From the NCBI RefSeq assembly GCF_003018255.1, contig NZ_CP027440.1: a stretch of 64,000 nt of DNA; one strand, given 5' to 3'. This document shows, in pieces, positions 10,640 to 21,095 of this stretch (position 1 is the first letter of the stretch; the number at the start of each line of letters is the position of its first letter). The notes beneath the pieces were generated by a model. That model searched no databases and was not told where the DNA came from. It was given only the letters and a program-made list of their open reading frames with translations. This DNA is from Escherichia coli (GTDB taxonomy: Bacteria > Pseudomonadota > Gammaproteobacteria > Enterobacterales > Enterobacteriaceae). Both the position numbers and the translations under genes were made by a program.

Positions 10640-11416
10640 TTAACGCTGCTCGTAGCGTTTAAACACCAGTTCGCCGTTGCTGGAGGAAGCTTCATCAAAG
10701 AAGTAACCTTCGCTATTAAAACCAGTCAGTTGCTCTGGTTTGGTCAGCCGATTTTCAATAATGAAACGACTCATCAGACCGCGTGCTTTCTTAGCGTAGA
10801 AGCTGATGATCTTAAATTTGCCGTTCTTCTCATCGAGGAACACCGGCTTGATAATCTCGGCATTCAATTTCTTCGGCTTCACCGATTTAAAATACTCATC
10901 TGACGCCAGATTAATCACCACATTATCGCCTTGTGCTGCGAGCGCCTCGTTCAGCTTGTTGGTGATGATATCTCCCCAGAATTGATACAGATCTTTCCCT
11001 CGGGCATTCTCAAGACGGATCCCCATTTCCAGACGATAAGGCTGCATTAAATCGAGCGGGCGCAGTACGCCATACAAGCCGGAAAGCATTCGCAAATGCT
11101 GTTGGGCAAAATCGAAATCGTCTTCGCTGAAGGTTTCGGCCTGCAAGCCGGTGTAGACATCACCTTTGAATGCCAGAATCGCCTGGCGGGCATTCTCCGG
11201 CGTGAAATCTGGCTGCCAGTCATGAAAGCGAGCGGCGTTGATACCCGCCAGTTTGTCGCTGATGCGCATCAGCGTGCTAATCTGCGGAGGCGTCAGTTTC
11301 CGCGCTTCATGGATCAACTGCTGGGAATTGTCTAACAGCTCCGGCAGCGTATAGCGCGTGGTGGGCAACGGGCTTTGGTAATCGAGCGTTTTCGCAGGTG
11401 AAATAAGAATCAGCAT
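10640..11416 (-). CDS. yaaA: Peroxide stress resistance protein YaaA (DUF328)
   Basis: 258-aa [20 protein letters not shown]... Confidence 0.93.
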   Translation of the reverse strand: MLILISPAKTLDYQSPLPTTRYTLPELLDNSQQLIHEARKLTPPQISTLMRISDKLAGINAARFHDWQPDFTPENARQAILAFKGDVYTGLQAETFSEDDFDFAQQHLRMLSGLYGVLRPLDLMQPYRLEMGIRLENARGKDLYQFWGDIITNKLNEALAAQGDNVVINLASDEYFKSVKPKKLNAEIIKPVFLDEKNGKFKIISFYAKKARGLMSRFIIENRLTKPEQLTGFNSEGYFFDEASSSNGELVFKRYEQR

Positions 11417-11485
11417 ATCCAGTCCTTGCAGGAAATTTATGCCGACTTTAGCAAAAAAAGAGAATGAGTTGATCGATAGTTGTGA

Positions 11486-12916
11486 TTACTCCTGCGAAAC
11501 ATCATCCCACGCGTCCGGAGAAAGCTGGCGACCGATATCCGGATAACGCAACGGATCAAACACCGGGCGCACGCCGAGTTTACGCTGGCGTAGATAATCA
11601 CTGGCAATGGTATGAACCACAGGCGAGAGCAGTAATATGGCGGTCAAATTGGTAATAGCCATGCAGGCCATTATGATATCTGCCAGTTGCCACATCAGCG
11701 GAAGACTTAGCAAGGTGCCGCCGATGACCGTTGCGAAGGTGCAGATCCGCAGACACCAGATCGCTTTAGGGTTGTTCAGGCGTAAGAAGAAGAGATTGTT
11801 TTCGGCATAAATGTAGTTGGCAACGATGGAGCTGAAGGCAAACAGAATAACCACGAGGGTAACAAACTCAGCACCCCAGGAACCCATGAGTACCCGCATC
11901 GCCTTCTGGATAAGCTGAATACCTTCCAGCGGCATGTAGGTTGTGCCGTTACCCGCCAGTAATATCAGCATGGCGCTTGCCGTACAGATGACCAGGGTGT
12001 CGATAAAAATGCCAATCATCTGGACAATTCCTTGCGCTGCGGGATGCGGAGGCCAGGACGCAGCCGCCGCTGCCGCGTTTGGCGTCGACCCCATTCCCGC
12101 CTCATTGGAAAACATACTGCGCTGAAAACCGTTAGTAATCGCCTGGCTTAAGGTATATCCCGCCGCGCCGCCTGCCGCTTCCTGCCAGCCAAAAGCACTC
12201 TCAAAAATAGACCAAATGACGTGGGGAAGTTGCCCGATATTCATTACGCATATTACCAGGCTGGTCAGTACCCAGATTATCGCCATCAACGGGACAAACC
12301 CCTGCATGAGCCGGGCGACGCCATGAAGACCGCGAGTGATTGCCAGCAGAGCAAAGACAGCAAGAATAATGCCTGTCACCAGCGGGGGAAAATCAAAAGA
12401 AAAACTCAGGGCTCGGGCAACGGCGTTCGCCTGAACTCCGCTGAAAATTATGCCGTAGGCGATGAGCAAAAAGAGGGCGAACAGAACGCCCATCCAGCGC
12501 ATCCCCAGCCCGCGCGCCATATACCATGCCGGTCCGCCACGAAACTGCCCATTAACGTCACGTTCTTTATAAAGTTGTGCAAGGGAACATTCGGCAAACG
12601 AGGTCGCCATGCCGATAAACGCGGCAACCCACATCCAGAAGACGGCACCTGGTCCACCGGTGGTAATAGCCAGCGCAACGCCAGCCAGGTTGCCGCTACC
12701 CACGCGCGCCGCAAGACTGGTACACAATGACTGAAATGAGGTTAAACCGCCTGGCTGTGGATGAATGCTATTTTTAAGACTTTTGCCAAACTGGCGGATG
12801 TAGCGAAACTGCACAAATCCGGTGCGAAAAGTGAACCAACAACCTGCGCCGAAGAGCAGGTAAATCATTACCGATCCCCAAAGGACGCTGTTAATAAAGG
12901 AGAAAAAATCTGGCAT
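11486..12916 (-). CDS. yaaJ: Sodium:alanine symporter family transporter
   Basis: 476-aa polytopic membrane ORF MPDFFSFINSVLWGSVMIYLLFGAG... Confidence 0.93.
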   Translation of the reverse strand: MPDFFSFINSVLWGSVMIYLLFGAGCWFTFRTGFVQFRYIRQFGKSLKNSIHPQPGGLTSFQSLCTSLAARVGSGNLAGVALAITTGGPGAVFWMWVAAFIGMATSFAECSLAQLYKERDVNGQFRGGPAWYMARGLGMRWMGVLFALFLLIAYGIIFSGVQANAVARALSFSFDFPPLVTGIILAVFALLAITRGLHGVARLMQGFVPLMAIIWVLTSLVICVMNIGQLPHVIWSIFESAFGWQEAAGGAAGYTLSQAITNGFQRSMFSNEAGMGSTPNAAAAAASWPPHPAAQGIVQMIGIFIDTLVICTASAMLILLAGNGTTYMPLEGIQLIQKAMRVLMGSWGAEFVTLVVILFAFSSIVANYIYAENNLFFLRLNNPKAIWCLRICTFATVIGGTLLSLPLMWQLADIIMACMAITNLTAILLLSPVVHTIASDYLRQRKLGVRPVFDPLRYPDIGRQLSPDAWDDVSQE

Positions 12917-13194
12917 GCATATCCCTCTTATTGCCGGTCGCGATGACTTTCCTGTGTAAACGTTACCAATTGTTTAAGAAGTATATACGCTACGAGGTAC
13001 TTGATAACTTCTGCGTAGCATACATGAGGTTTTGTATAAAAATGGCGGGCGATATCAACGCAGTGTCAGAAATCCGAAACAGTCTCGCCTGGCGATAACC
13101 GTCTTGTCGGCGGTTGCGCTGACGTTGCGTCGTGATATCATCAGGGCAGACCGGTTACATCCCCCTAACAAGCTGTTTAAAGAGAAATACTATC

Positions 13195-14148
13195 ATGACG
13201 GACAAATTGACCTCCCTTCGTCAGTACACCACCGTAGTGGCCGACACTGGGGACATCGCGGCAATGAAGCTGTATCAACCGCAGGATGCCACAACCAACC
13301 CTTCTCTCATTCTTAACGCAGCGCAGATTCCGGAATACCGTAAGTTGATTGATGATGCTGTCGCCTGGGCGAAACAGCAGAGCAACGATCGCGCGCAGCA
13401 GATCGTGGACGCGACCGACAAACTGGCAGTAAATATTGGTCTGGAAATCCTGAAACTGGTTCCGGGCCGTATCTCAACTGAAGTTGATGCGCGTCTTTCC
13501 TATGACACCGAAGCGTCAATTGCGAAAGCAAAACGCCTGATCAAACTCTACAACGATGCAGGGATTAGCAACGATCGTATTCTGATCAAACTGGCTTCTA
13601 CCTGGCAGGGTATCCGTGCTGCAGAACAGCTGGAAAAAGAAGGTATTAACTGTAACCTGACCCTGCTGTTCTCCTTCGCTCAGGCTCGTGCTTGTGCGGA
13701 AGCGGGCGTGTTCCTGATCTCGCCGTTTGTTGGCCGTATTCTTGACTGGTACAAAGCGAATACCGACAAGAAAGAGTACGCTCCGGCAGAAGATCCGGGC
13801 GTGGTTTCTGTATCTGAAATCTACCAGTACTACAAAGAGCACGGTTATGAAACCGTGGTGATGGGCGCAAGCTTCCGTAACATCGGCGAAATTCTGGAAC
13901 TGGCAGGCTGCGACCGTCTGACCATCGCACCGGCGCTGCTGAAAGAGCTGGCTGAGAGCGAAGGGGCTATCGAACGTAAACTGTCTTACACCGGCGAAGT
14001 GAAAGCGCGTCCGGCGCGTATCACTGAGTCCGAGTTCCTGTGGCAGCATAACCAGGATCCAATGGCAGTAGATAAACTGGCGGAAGGTATCCGTAAGTTT
14101 GCTGTTGACCAGGAAAAACTGGAAAAAATGATCGGCGATCTGCTGTAA
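13195..14148 (+). CDS. talB: Transaldolase B
   Basis: 317-aa product [40 protein letters not shown]...; conserved start preferred over the upstream ATG at 13132. Confidence 0.97.
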
Positions 14149-14156
14149 TCATTCTT

Positions 14157-14190
14157 AGCGTGACCGGGAAGTCGGTCACGCTACCTTTTC
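14157..14190 (+). terminator. talB rho-independent terminator
   Basis: Hairpin AGCGTGACCG-ggaagtc-GGTCACGCT followed by a T-rich tract. Confidence 0.75.
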
Positions 14191-14262
14191 TGAAGCCTGT
14201 CTGTCACTCCCTTCGCAGTGTATCATTCTGTTTAACGAGACTGTTTAAACGGAAAAATCTTG

Positions 14263-14850
14263 ATGAATACTTTACGTATTGGCTTAGTTTCCATCTCTGA
14301 TCGCGCATCCAGCGGCGTTTATCAGGATAAAGGCATCCCTGCGCTGGAAGAATGGCTGACATCGGCGCTAACCACGCCGTTTGAACTGGAAACCCGCTTA
14401 ATCCCCGATGAGCAGGCGATCATCGAGCAAACGTTGTGTGAGCTGGTGGATGAAATGAGTTGCCATCTGGTGCTCACCACGGGCGGAACTGGCCCGGCGC
14501 GTCGTGACGTAACGCCCGATGCGACGCTGGCAGTAGCGGACCGCGAGATGCCTGGCTTTGGTGAACAGATGCGCCAGATCAGCCTGCATTTTGTACCAAC
14601 TGCGATCCTTTCGCGTCAGGTGGGCGTGATTCGCAAACAGGCGCTGATCCTTAACTTACCCGGTCAGCCGAAGTCGATTAAAGAGACGCTGGAAGGCGTG
14701 AAGGACGCTGCGGGTAACGTTGTGGTGCATGGTATTTTTGCCAGCGTACCGTACTGCATTCAGTTGCTGGAAGGGCCATACATTGAAACGGCACCGGAAG
14801 TGGTTGCAGCATTCAGACCGAAGAGTGCAAGACGCGACGTTAGCGAATAA
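14263..14850 (+). CDS. mog: Molybdopterin adenylyltransferase
   Basis: 195-aa ORF MNTLRIGLVSISDRASSGVYQDKGIPALEEWL... Confidence 0.95.
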   Translation: MNTLRIGLVSISDRASSGVYQDKGIPALEEWLTSALTTPFELETRLIPDEQAIIEQTLCELVDEMSCHLVLTTGGTGPARRDVTPDATLAVADREMPGFGEQMRQISLHFVPTAILSRQVGVIRKQALILNLPGQPKSIKETLEGVKDAAGNVVVHGIFASVPYCIQLLEGPYIETAPEVVAAFRPKSARRDVSE

Positions 14851-14877
14851 AAAAATCCCCCCGAGCGGGGGGATCTC
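14848..14877. terminator. Bidirectional terminator between convergent mog and satP
   Basis: A-run followed by hairpin ATCCCCCC-gagc-GGGGGGAT. Confidence 0.7.
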
Positions 14878-14884
14878 AAAACAA

Positions 14885-15451
14885 TTAATGGGATTCACCA
14901 ATCGGCAGAACGGTGCGACCAAACTGCTCGTTCAGTACTTCACCCATCGCCAGATAGATTGCGCTGGCACCGCAGATCAGACCAATCCAGCCGGCAAAGT
15001 GGATGATTGCGGCGTTACCGGCAATGTTACCGATCGCCAGCAGGGCAAACAGCACGGTCAGGCTAAAGAAAACGAATTGCAGAACGCGTGCGCCTTTCAG
15101 CGTGCCGAAGAACATAAACAGCGTAAATACGCCCCACAGACCCAGGTAGACACCAAGGAACTGTGCATTTGGCGCATCGGTCAGACCCAGTTTCGGCATC
15201 AGCAGAATCGCAACCAGCGTCAGCCAGAAAGAACCGTAAGAGGTGAATGCGGTTAAACCGAAAGTGTTGCCTTTTTTGTACTCCAGCAGACCAGCAAAAA
15301 TTTGCGCGATGCCGCCGTAGAAAATGCCCATGGCAAGAATAATACCGTCCAGAGCAAAATAACCCACGTTGTGCAGGTTAAGCAGAATGGTGGTCATGCC
15401 GAAGCCCATCAGGCCCAGCGGTGCCGGATTAGCCAACTTAGTGTTGCCCAT
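14885..15451 (-). CDS. satP: Succinate-acetate/proton symporter SatP (YaaH)
   Basis: 188-aa membrane ORF MGNTKLANPAPLGLMGFGMTTILLNLHN... (GPR1/FUN34/YaaH family). Confidence 0.95.
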   Translation of the reverse strand: MGNTKLANPAPLGLMGFGMTTILLNLHNVGYFALDGIILAMGIFYGGIAQIFAGLLEYKKGNTFGLTAFTSYGSFWLTLVAILLMPKLGLTDAPNAQFLGVYLGLWGVFTLFMFFGTLKGARVLQFVFFSLTVLFALLAIGNIAGNAAIIHFAGWIGLICGASAIYLAMGEVLNEQFGRTVLPIGESH

Positions 15452-15599
15452 AATTCCTCAAAAATCATCATCGAATGAATGGTGAAATAATTTCCCTGAA
15501 TAACTGTAGTGTTTTCAGGGCGCGGCATAATAATCAGCCAGTGGGGCAGTGTCTACGATCTTTTGAGGGGAAAATGAAAATTTTCCCCGGTTTCCGGTA

Positions 15600-16313
15600 T
15601 CAGACCTGAGTGGCACTAACCATCCGGCGCAGGCAGGCGATTTGCAGTACGGCTGGAATTGTCACGCGATAGGCACTGCCGCTGACCGCTTTAACCCCAT
15701 TTAGTGCCGCGCCTACAGGGCCTCCCAGCCCCGCGCCGCGAAGCAAACCATGCCCAAGTACGCTCATTGCTGCGTGGGTGCGTAAAATGCGGGTCAATTG
15801 GCTGGAAAGCAAATGCGACACGCCTTTTGCCAATAATTTGTCTTTCATCAGCAGCGGCAGCAGCTCTTCCAGCTCATTCACCCTGGCATCGACCGCGTGC
15901 AGAAACTCCTGCTTATGTTCCTCGTCCATTTTCTTCCAGGTATTACGCAGAAATTGTTCCAGTAACTGTTGCTCAATTTCAAACGTAGACATCTCTTTGT
16001 CGGCTTTCAGCTTCAATCGTTTTGAAACATCGAGCAAAATGGCCCGATACAATTTACCGTGTCCGCGCAGTTTGTTGGCGATACTATCGCCACCAAAATG
16101 TTGTAATTCTCCGGCAATCAGCTGCCAGTTGCGGCGGTGTTGCTCGGGATGTCCTTCCATCGATTTAAACAGTTCGTTGCGCATCAGTACGCTGGAGAGG
16201 CGAGTTTTGCCTTTTTCATTATGGGTGAGCAGCCGGGCGAAATTTGCCAGTTGTTCCTCACTACAATGCTGGAGAAAATCCAGATCTGAATCATTCAGGT
16301 AATTAACATTCAT
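15600..16313 (-). CDS. yaaW: UPF0174 family protein YaaW
   Basis: 237-aa ORF MNVNYLNDSDLDFLQHCSEEQLANFARLL... Confidence 0.9.
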   Translation of the reverse strand: MNVNYLNDSDLDFLQHCSEEQLANFARLLTHNEKGKTRLSSVLMRNELFKSMEGHPEQHRRNWQLIAGELQHFGGDSIANKLRGHGKLYRAILLDVSKRLKLKADKEMSTFEIEQQLLEQFLRNTWKKMDEEHKQEFLHAVDARVNELEELLPLLMKDKLLAKGVSHLLSSQLTRILRTHAAMSVLGHGLLRGAGLGGPVGAALNGVKAVSGSAYRVTIPAVLQIACLRRMVSATQV

Positions 16314-16338
16314 TTTTTGTGGCTTCTATATTCTGGCG

Positions 16339-16743
16339 TTAGTCGTCGCCGATAATTTTCAGCGTGGCCATATCCGATGAGTTCACCGTATGACCAGAAA
16401 AGGTGATTTTTGAGACGCAGCGTTTATTGTCGTTATCGCTGTTAATGTTGATCCAGTCAGTGGTTTGCCCTTCTTTTATTTCTGAAGGAATATTCAGGGT
16501 CTGACTGGCGCTACGGGCGGCTTTGAAATAAACCGATGCACCGCTTAACTGTAAATCGCCATGGTCGGCTGAGAGTTGTATGCGTTTAACAATTCGGCAA
16601 ACAGGAAGTTTCAGCGCCAGATCGTTGGTTTCGTTACGTGGCATTGCAATGACGCCGAGGATTTTATGGTCGTTTGCCTGCGCCGTGCAGCACAGCAGCA
16701 GGCTAATCGCCAGGCTGGCGGAAAGCGTAAAAACGGATTTCAT
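16339..16743 (-). CDS. yaaI: Periplasmic DUF2541 protein YaaI
   Basis: 134-aa [26 protein letters not shown]... with signal peptide; conserved start inside the longer 148-aa track ORF. Confidence 0.85.
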   Translation of the reverse strand: MKSVFTLSASLAISLLLCCTAQANDHKILGVIAMPRNETNDLALKLPVCRIVKRIQLSADHGDLQLSGASVYFKAARSASQTLNIPSEIKEGQTTDWININSDNDNKRCVSKITFSGHTVNSSDMATLKIIGDD

Positions 16744-16960
16744 AAGGATTCTCTTAGTGGGGAGAGGTAGGGGATGAATACCCACTAGTTTACTGCTGAT
16801 AAAGAGAAGATTCAGGTACGTAATATTTTCTTTTTATTACAATTTTTCTATGAATGTCTTGTCTGCTATTCATTCTCTATATGAATAAAATTGCTGTCAG
16901 TTTCATGTCTTGTTCTGGCATATCGCGAAATTTCTGCGCAAAAGCACAAAAAATTTTTGC

Positions 16961-17000
16961 ATCTCCCCCTTGATGACGTGGGTTACGACCCCATTTAGTA
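16961..17000 (+). promoter_or_regulatory. dnaK P1 heat-shock (sigma32) promoter
   Basis: TCTCCCCCTTGATGA (-35) and GACCCCATTTAGTA (-10), matching the sigma32 consensus CTTGAA...CCCCATNT. Confidence 0.85.
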
Positions 17001-17042
17001 GTCAACCGCAGTGAGTGAGTCTGCAAAAAAATGAAATTGGGC

Positions 17043-17073
17043 AGTTGAAACCAGACGTTTCGCCCCTATTACA
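17043..17073 (+). promoter_or_regulatory. dnaK P2 heat-shock (sigma32) promoter
   Basis: TTGAAA at 17045-17050 with CCCCTATTA about 13 bp downstream. Confidence 0.7.
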
Positions 17074-17118
17074 GACTCACAACCACATGATGACCGAATA
17101 TATAGTGGAGACGTTTAG

Positions 17119-19035
17119 ATGGGTAAAATAATTGGTATCGACCTGGGTACTACCAACTCTTGTGTAGCGATTATGGATGGCACCACTCCTCGTGTACTGG
17201 AGAACGCCGAAGGCGATCGCACCACGCCTTCTATCATTGCCTATACCCAGGATGGTGAAACTCTGGTTGGTCAGCCGGCTAAACGTCAGGCAGTGACGAA
17301 CCCGCAAAACACCCTGTTTGCGATTAAACGCCTGATTGGCCGCCGCTTCCAGGACGAAGAAGTACAGCGTGATGTTTCCATCATGCCGTTCAAAATTATT
17401 GCTGCTGATAACGGCGACGCATGGGTCGAAGTTAAAGGCCAGAAAATGGCACCGCCGCAGATCTCTGCTGAAGTGCTGAAAAAAATGAAGAAAACCGCTG
17501 AAGATTACCTGGGTGAACCGGTAACTGAAGCTGTTATCACCGTACCGGCATACTTTAACGATGCTCAGCGTCAGGCAACCAAAGACGCAGGCCGTATCGC
17601 TGGTCTGGAAGTAAAACGTATCATCAACGAACCGACCGCAGCTGCGCTGGCTTACGGTCTGGACAAAGGTACTGGCAACCGTACTATCGCGGTTTATGAC
17701 CTGGGTGGTGGTACTTTCGATATTTCTATTATCGAAATCGACGAAGTTGACGGCGAAAAAACCTTCGAAGTTCTGGCAACCAACGGTGATACCCACCTGG
17801 GTGGTGAAGACTTCGACAGCCGTCTGATCAACTACCTGGTTGAAGAATTCAAGAAAGATCAGGGCATTGACCTGCGCAACGATCCGCTGGCAATGCAGCG
17901 CCTGAAAGAAGCGGCAGAAAAAGCGAAAATCGAACTGTCTTCCGCTCAGCAGACCGACGTTAACCTGCCGTACATCACTGCAGACGCGACCGGTCCGAAA
18001 CACATGAACATCAAAGTGACTCGTGCGAAACTGGAAAGCCTGGTTGAAGATCTGGTAAACCGTTCCATTGAGCCGCTGAAAGTTGCACTGCAGGACGCTG
18101 GCCTGTCCGTATCTGATATCGACGACGTTATCCTCGTTGGTGGTCAGACTCGTATGCCAATGGTTCAGAAGAAAGTTGCTGAGTTCTTTGGTAAAGAGCC
18201 GCGTAAAGACGTTAACCCGGACGAAGCTGTAGCAATCGGTGCTGCTGTTCAGGGTGGTGTTCTGACTGGTGACGTAAAAGACGTACTGCTGCTGGACGTT
18301 ACCCCGCTGTCTCTGGGTATCGAAACCATGGGCGGTGTGATGACGACGCTGATCGCGAAAAACACCACTATCCCGACCAAGCACAGCCAGGTGTTCTCTA
18401 CCGCTGAAGACAACCAGTCTGCGGTAACCATCCATGTGCTGCAGGGTGAACGTAAACGTGCAGCTGATAACAAATCTCTGGGTCAGTTCAACCTGGATGG
18501 TATCAACCCGGCACCGCGCGGCATGCCGCAGATCGAAGTTACCTTCGATATCGATGCTGACGGTATCCTGCACGTTTCCGCGAAAGATAAAAACAGCGGT
18601 AAAGAGCAGAAGATCACCATCAAGGCTTCTTCTGGTCTGAACGAAGATGAAATCCAGAAAATGGTACGCGACGCAGAAGCTAACGCCGAAGCTGACCGTA
18701 AGTTTGAAGAGCTGGTACAGACTCGCAACCAGGGCGACCATCTGCTGCACAGCACCCGTAAGCAGGTTGAAGAAGTGGGCGACAAACTGCCGGCTGACGA
18801 CAAAACTGCTATCGAGTCTGCACTGACTGCACTGGAAACTGCTCTGAAAGGTGAAGACAAAGCCGCTATCGAAGCGAAAATGCAGGAACTGGCACAGGTT
18901 TCCCAGAAACTGATGGAAATCGCCCAGCAGCAACATGCCCAGCAGCAGACTGCCGGTGCTGATGCTTCTGCAAACAACGCGAAAGATGACGATGTTGTCG
19001 ACGCTGAATTTGAAGAAGTCAAAGACAAAAAATAA
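17119..19035 (+). CDS. dnaK: Molecular chaperone DnaK (Hsp70)
   Basis: 638-aa [24 protein letters not shown]... Confidence 0.99.
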   Translation: MGKIIGIDLGTTNSCVAIMDGTTPRVLENAEGDRTTPSIIAYTQDGETLVGQPAKRQAVTNPQNTLFAIKRLIGRRFQDEEVQRDVSIMPFKIIAADNGDAWVEVKGQKMAPPQISAEVLKKMKKTAEDYLGEPVTEAVITVPAYFNDAQRQATKDAGRIAGLEVKRIINEPTAAALAYGLDKGTGNRTIAVYDLGGGTFDISIIEIDEVDGEKTFEVLATNGDTHLGGEDFDSRLINYLVEEFKKDQGIDLRNDPLAMQRLKEAAEKAKIELSSAQQTDVNLPYITADATGPKHMNIKVTRAKLESLVEDLVNRSIEPLKVALQDAGLSVSDIDDVILVGGQTRMPMVQKKVAEFFGKEPRKDVNPDEAVAIGAAVQGGVLTGDVKDVLLLDVTPLSLGIETMGGVMTTLIAKNTTIPTKHSQVFSTAEDNQSAVTIHVLQGERKRAADNKSLGQFNLDGINPAPRGMPQIEVTFDIDADGILHVSAKDKNSGKEQKITIKASSGLNEDEIQKMVRDAEANAEADRKFEELVQTRNQGDHLLHSTRKQVEEVGDKLPADDKTAIESALTALETALKGEDKAAIEAKMQELAQVSQKLMEIAQQQHAQQQTAGADASANNAKDDDVVDAEFEEVKDKK

Positions 19036-19123
19036 TCGCCCTATAAACGGGTAATTATACTGACACGGGCGAAGGGGAATTTCCTCTCCGCCCGTGCATT
19101 CATCTAGGGGCAATTTAAAAAAG
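19036..19123 (+). ncRNA. tpke11: dnaK-dnaJ intergenic stem-loop region (position of the reported tpke11 transcript)
   Basis: Hairpin ACGGGCGAAGGGG-aatttc-CTCTCCGCCCGT in the 88-bp spacer; the sRNA assignment is from recalled literature and is uncertain. Confidence 0.3.
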
Positions 19124-20254
19124 ATGGCTAAGCAAGATTATTACGAGATTTTAGGCGTTTCCAAAACAGCGGAAGAGCGTGAAATCAAAAAGGCCTACAA
19201 ACGCCTGGCCATGAAATACCACCCGGACCGTAACCAGGGTGACAAAGAGGCCGAGGCGAAATTTAAAGAGATCAAGGAAGCTTATGAAGTTCTGACCGAC
19301 TCGCAAAAACGTGCGGCATACGATCAGTATGGTCATGCTGCGTTTGAGCAAGGTGGCATGGGAGGCGGCGGTTTCGGCGGCGGCGCAGACTTCAGCGATA
19401 TTTTTGGTGACGTTTTCGGCGATATTTTTGGCGGCGGACGTGGTCGTCAACGTGCGGCGCGCGGTGCTGATTTACGCTATAACATGGAGCTCACCCTCGA
19501 AGAAGCTGTACGTGGCGTGACCAAAGAGATCCGCATTCCGACTCTGGAAGAGTGTGACGTTTGCCACGGTAGCGGTGCAAAACCAGGTACACAGCCGCAG
19601 ACCTGTCCGACCTGTCATGGTTCTGGTCAGGTGCAGATGCGCCAGGGTTTCTTTGCCGTGCAGCAGACCTGTCCACACTGTCAGGGCCGCGGTACGCTGA
19701 TCAAAGATCCGTGCAACAAATGTCATGGTCATGGTCGTGTTGAGCGCAGCAAAACGCTGTCCGTTAAAATCCCGGCAGGGGTGGACACTGGAGACCGCAT
19801 CCGTCTTGCGGGCGAAGGTGAAGCGGGCGAGCATGGCGCACCGGCAGGCGATCTGTACGTTCAGGTTCAGGTTAAACAGCACCCGATTTTCGAGCGTGAA
19901 GGCAACAACCTCTATTGCGAAGTCCCGATCAACTTCGCTATGGCGGCGCTGGGTGGCGAAATCGAAGTACCGACCCTTGATGGTCGCGTCAAACTGAAAG
20001 TGCCTGGCGAAACCCAGACCGGTAAGCTGTTCCGTATGCGCGGTAAAGGCGTCAAGTCTGTCCGCGGTGGCGCACAGGGTGATTTGCTGTGCCGCGTTGT
20101 CGTCGAAACACCGGTAGGCCTGAACGAGAAGCAGAAACAGCTGCTGCAAGAGCTGCAAGAAAGCTTCGGTGGCCCAACCGGCGAGCACAACAGCCCGCGC
20201 TCAAAGAGCTTCTTTGATGGTGTGAAGAAGTTTTTTGACGACCTGACCCGCTAA
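19124..20254 (+). CDS. dnaJ: Co-chaperone DnaJ (Hsp40)
   Basis: 376-aa product [38 protein letters not shown]..., J-domain, G/F-rich region, four CxxCxGxG zinc-finger repeats. Confidence 0.99.
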
Positions 20255-20260
20255 TCTCCC

Positions 20261-20290
20261 CAAAAGCCTGCCCGTGGGCAGGCCTGGGTA
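20261..20290. terminator. Hairpin terminator shared by convergent dnaJ and hokC transcripts
   Basis: GCCTGCCC-gtg-GGCAGGC hairpin with an A-run on the + strand, giving a U-run after the hairpin on the hokC strand. Confidence 0.65.
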
Positions 20291-20357
20291 AAAATAGGGT
20301 GCGTTGAAGATATGCGAGCACCTGAAAAGTGGCGGGGATCACTCCCCGCCGTTGCTC

Positions 20358-20510
20358 TTACTCGGATTCGTAAGCCGTGAAAACAGCAACCTCCGTCTGG
20401 CCAGTTCGGATGTGAACCTCACAGAGGTCTTTTCTCGTTACCAGCGCCGCCACTACGGCGGTGATACAGATGACGATCAGGGCGACAATCATCGCCTTAG
20501 GCTGCTTCAT
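20358..20510 (-). CDS. hokC: Hok/Gef family type I toxin HokC (50 aa)
   Basis: MKQPKAMIVALIVICITAVVAALVTRKDLCEVHIRTGQTEVAVFTAYESE: single TM helix plus conserved C-terminal motif. Confidence 0.9.
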   Translation of the reverse strand: MKQPKAMIVALIVICITAVVAALVTRKDLCEVHIRTGQTEVAVFTAYESE

Positions 20511-20567
20511 TGCTCTCTTCTCCTTGACCTTACGGTCAGTAAGAGGCACTCTACATGTGTTCTGCAT
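20358..20567 (-). CDS. mokC: MokC, overlapping reading frame that mediates hokC translation
   Basis: 69-codon frame MQNTCRVPLTDRKVKEKRA... running into hokC in the same frame. Confidence 0.7.
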   Translation of the reverse strand: MQNTCRVPLTDRKVKEKRAMKQPKAMIVALIVICITAVVAALVTRKDLCEVHIRTGQTEVAVFTAYESE

Positions 20568-20615
20568 ATAGGGGGCCTCGGGTTGATAGTAAAATATCAC
20601 TCGGGGCTTTTCTCT
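20555..20615 (+). ncRNA. sokC: Putative Sok antisense RNA (sokC) overlapping the mokC start
   Basis: Placed by homology of position with the K-12 hokC/sokC locus; exact 5'/3' ends not determinable from sequence alone. Confidence 0.45.
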
Positions 20616-21095
20616 ATCTGCCGTTCAGCTAATGCCTGAGACAGACAGCCTCAAGCACCCGCCGCTATTATATCGCTCTCTTTAACCCATTCTGTTTTAT
20701 CGATTCTAATCCTGAAGACGCCTCGCATTTTTATGGCGTAATTTTTTAATGATTTAATTATTTAACTTTAATTTATCTCTTCATCGCAATTATTGACGAC
20801 AAACTGGATTATTTTTGAAGTATTGGCCTAACAAACATCGCCGACTGACAACAAATTAATTATTACTTTTCCTAATTAATCCCTCAGAAATCCTGACCTT
20901 AAGCTATGATTATCAGGGCTTAGGGTCACACGTCAGCGCTTACAGCCGTCAAAAACTCATCTCATCACTGATGACGCAAATCCTTCAATGCCTCGTAAAA
21001 AGCGAATTATTCCTACACTATAATCTGATTTTAACGATGATTCGTGCGGGGTAAGATAGTAAAAACGATCTATTCACCTGAAAGAGAAATAAAAA

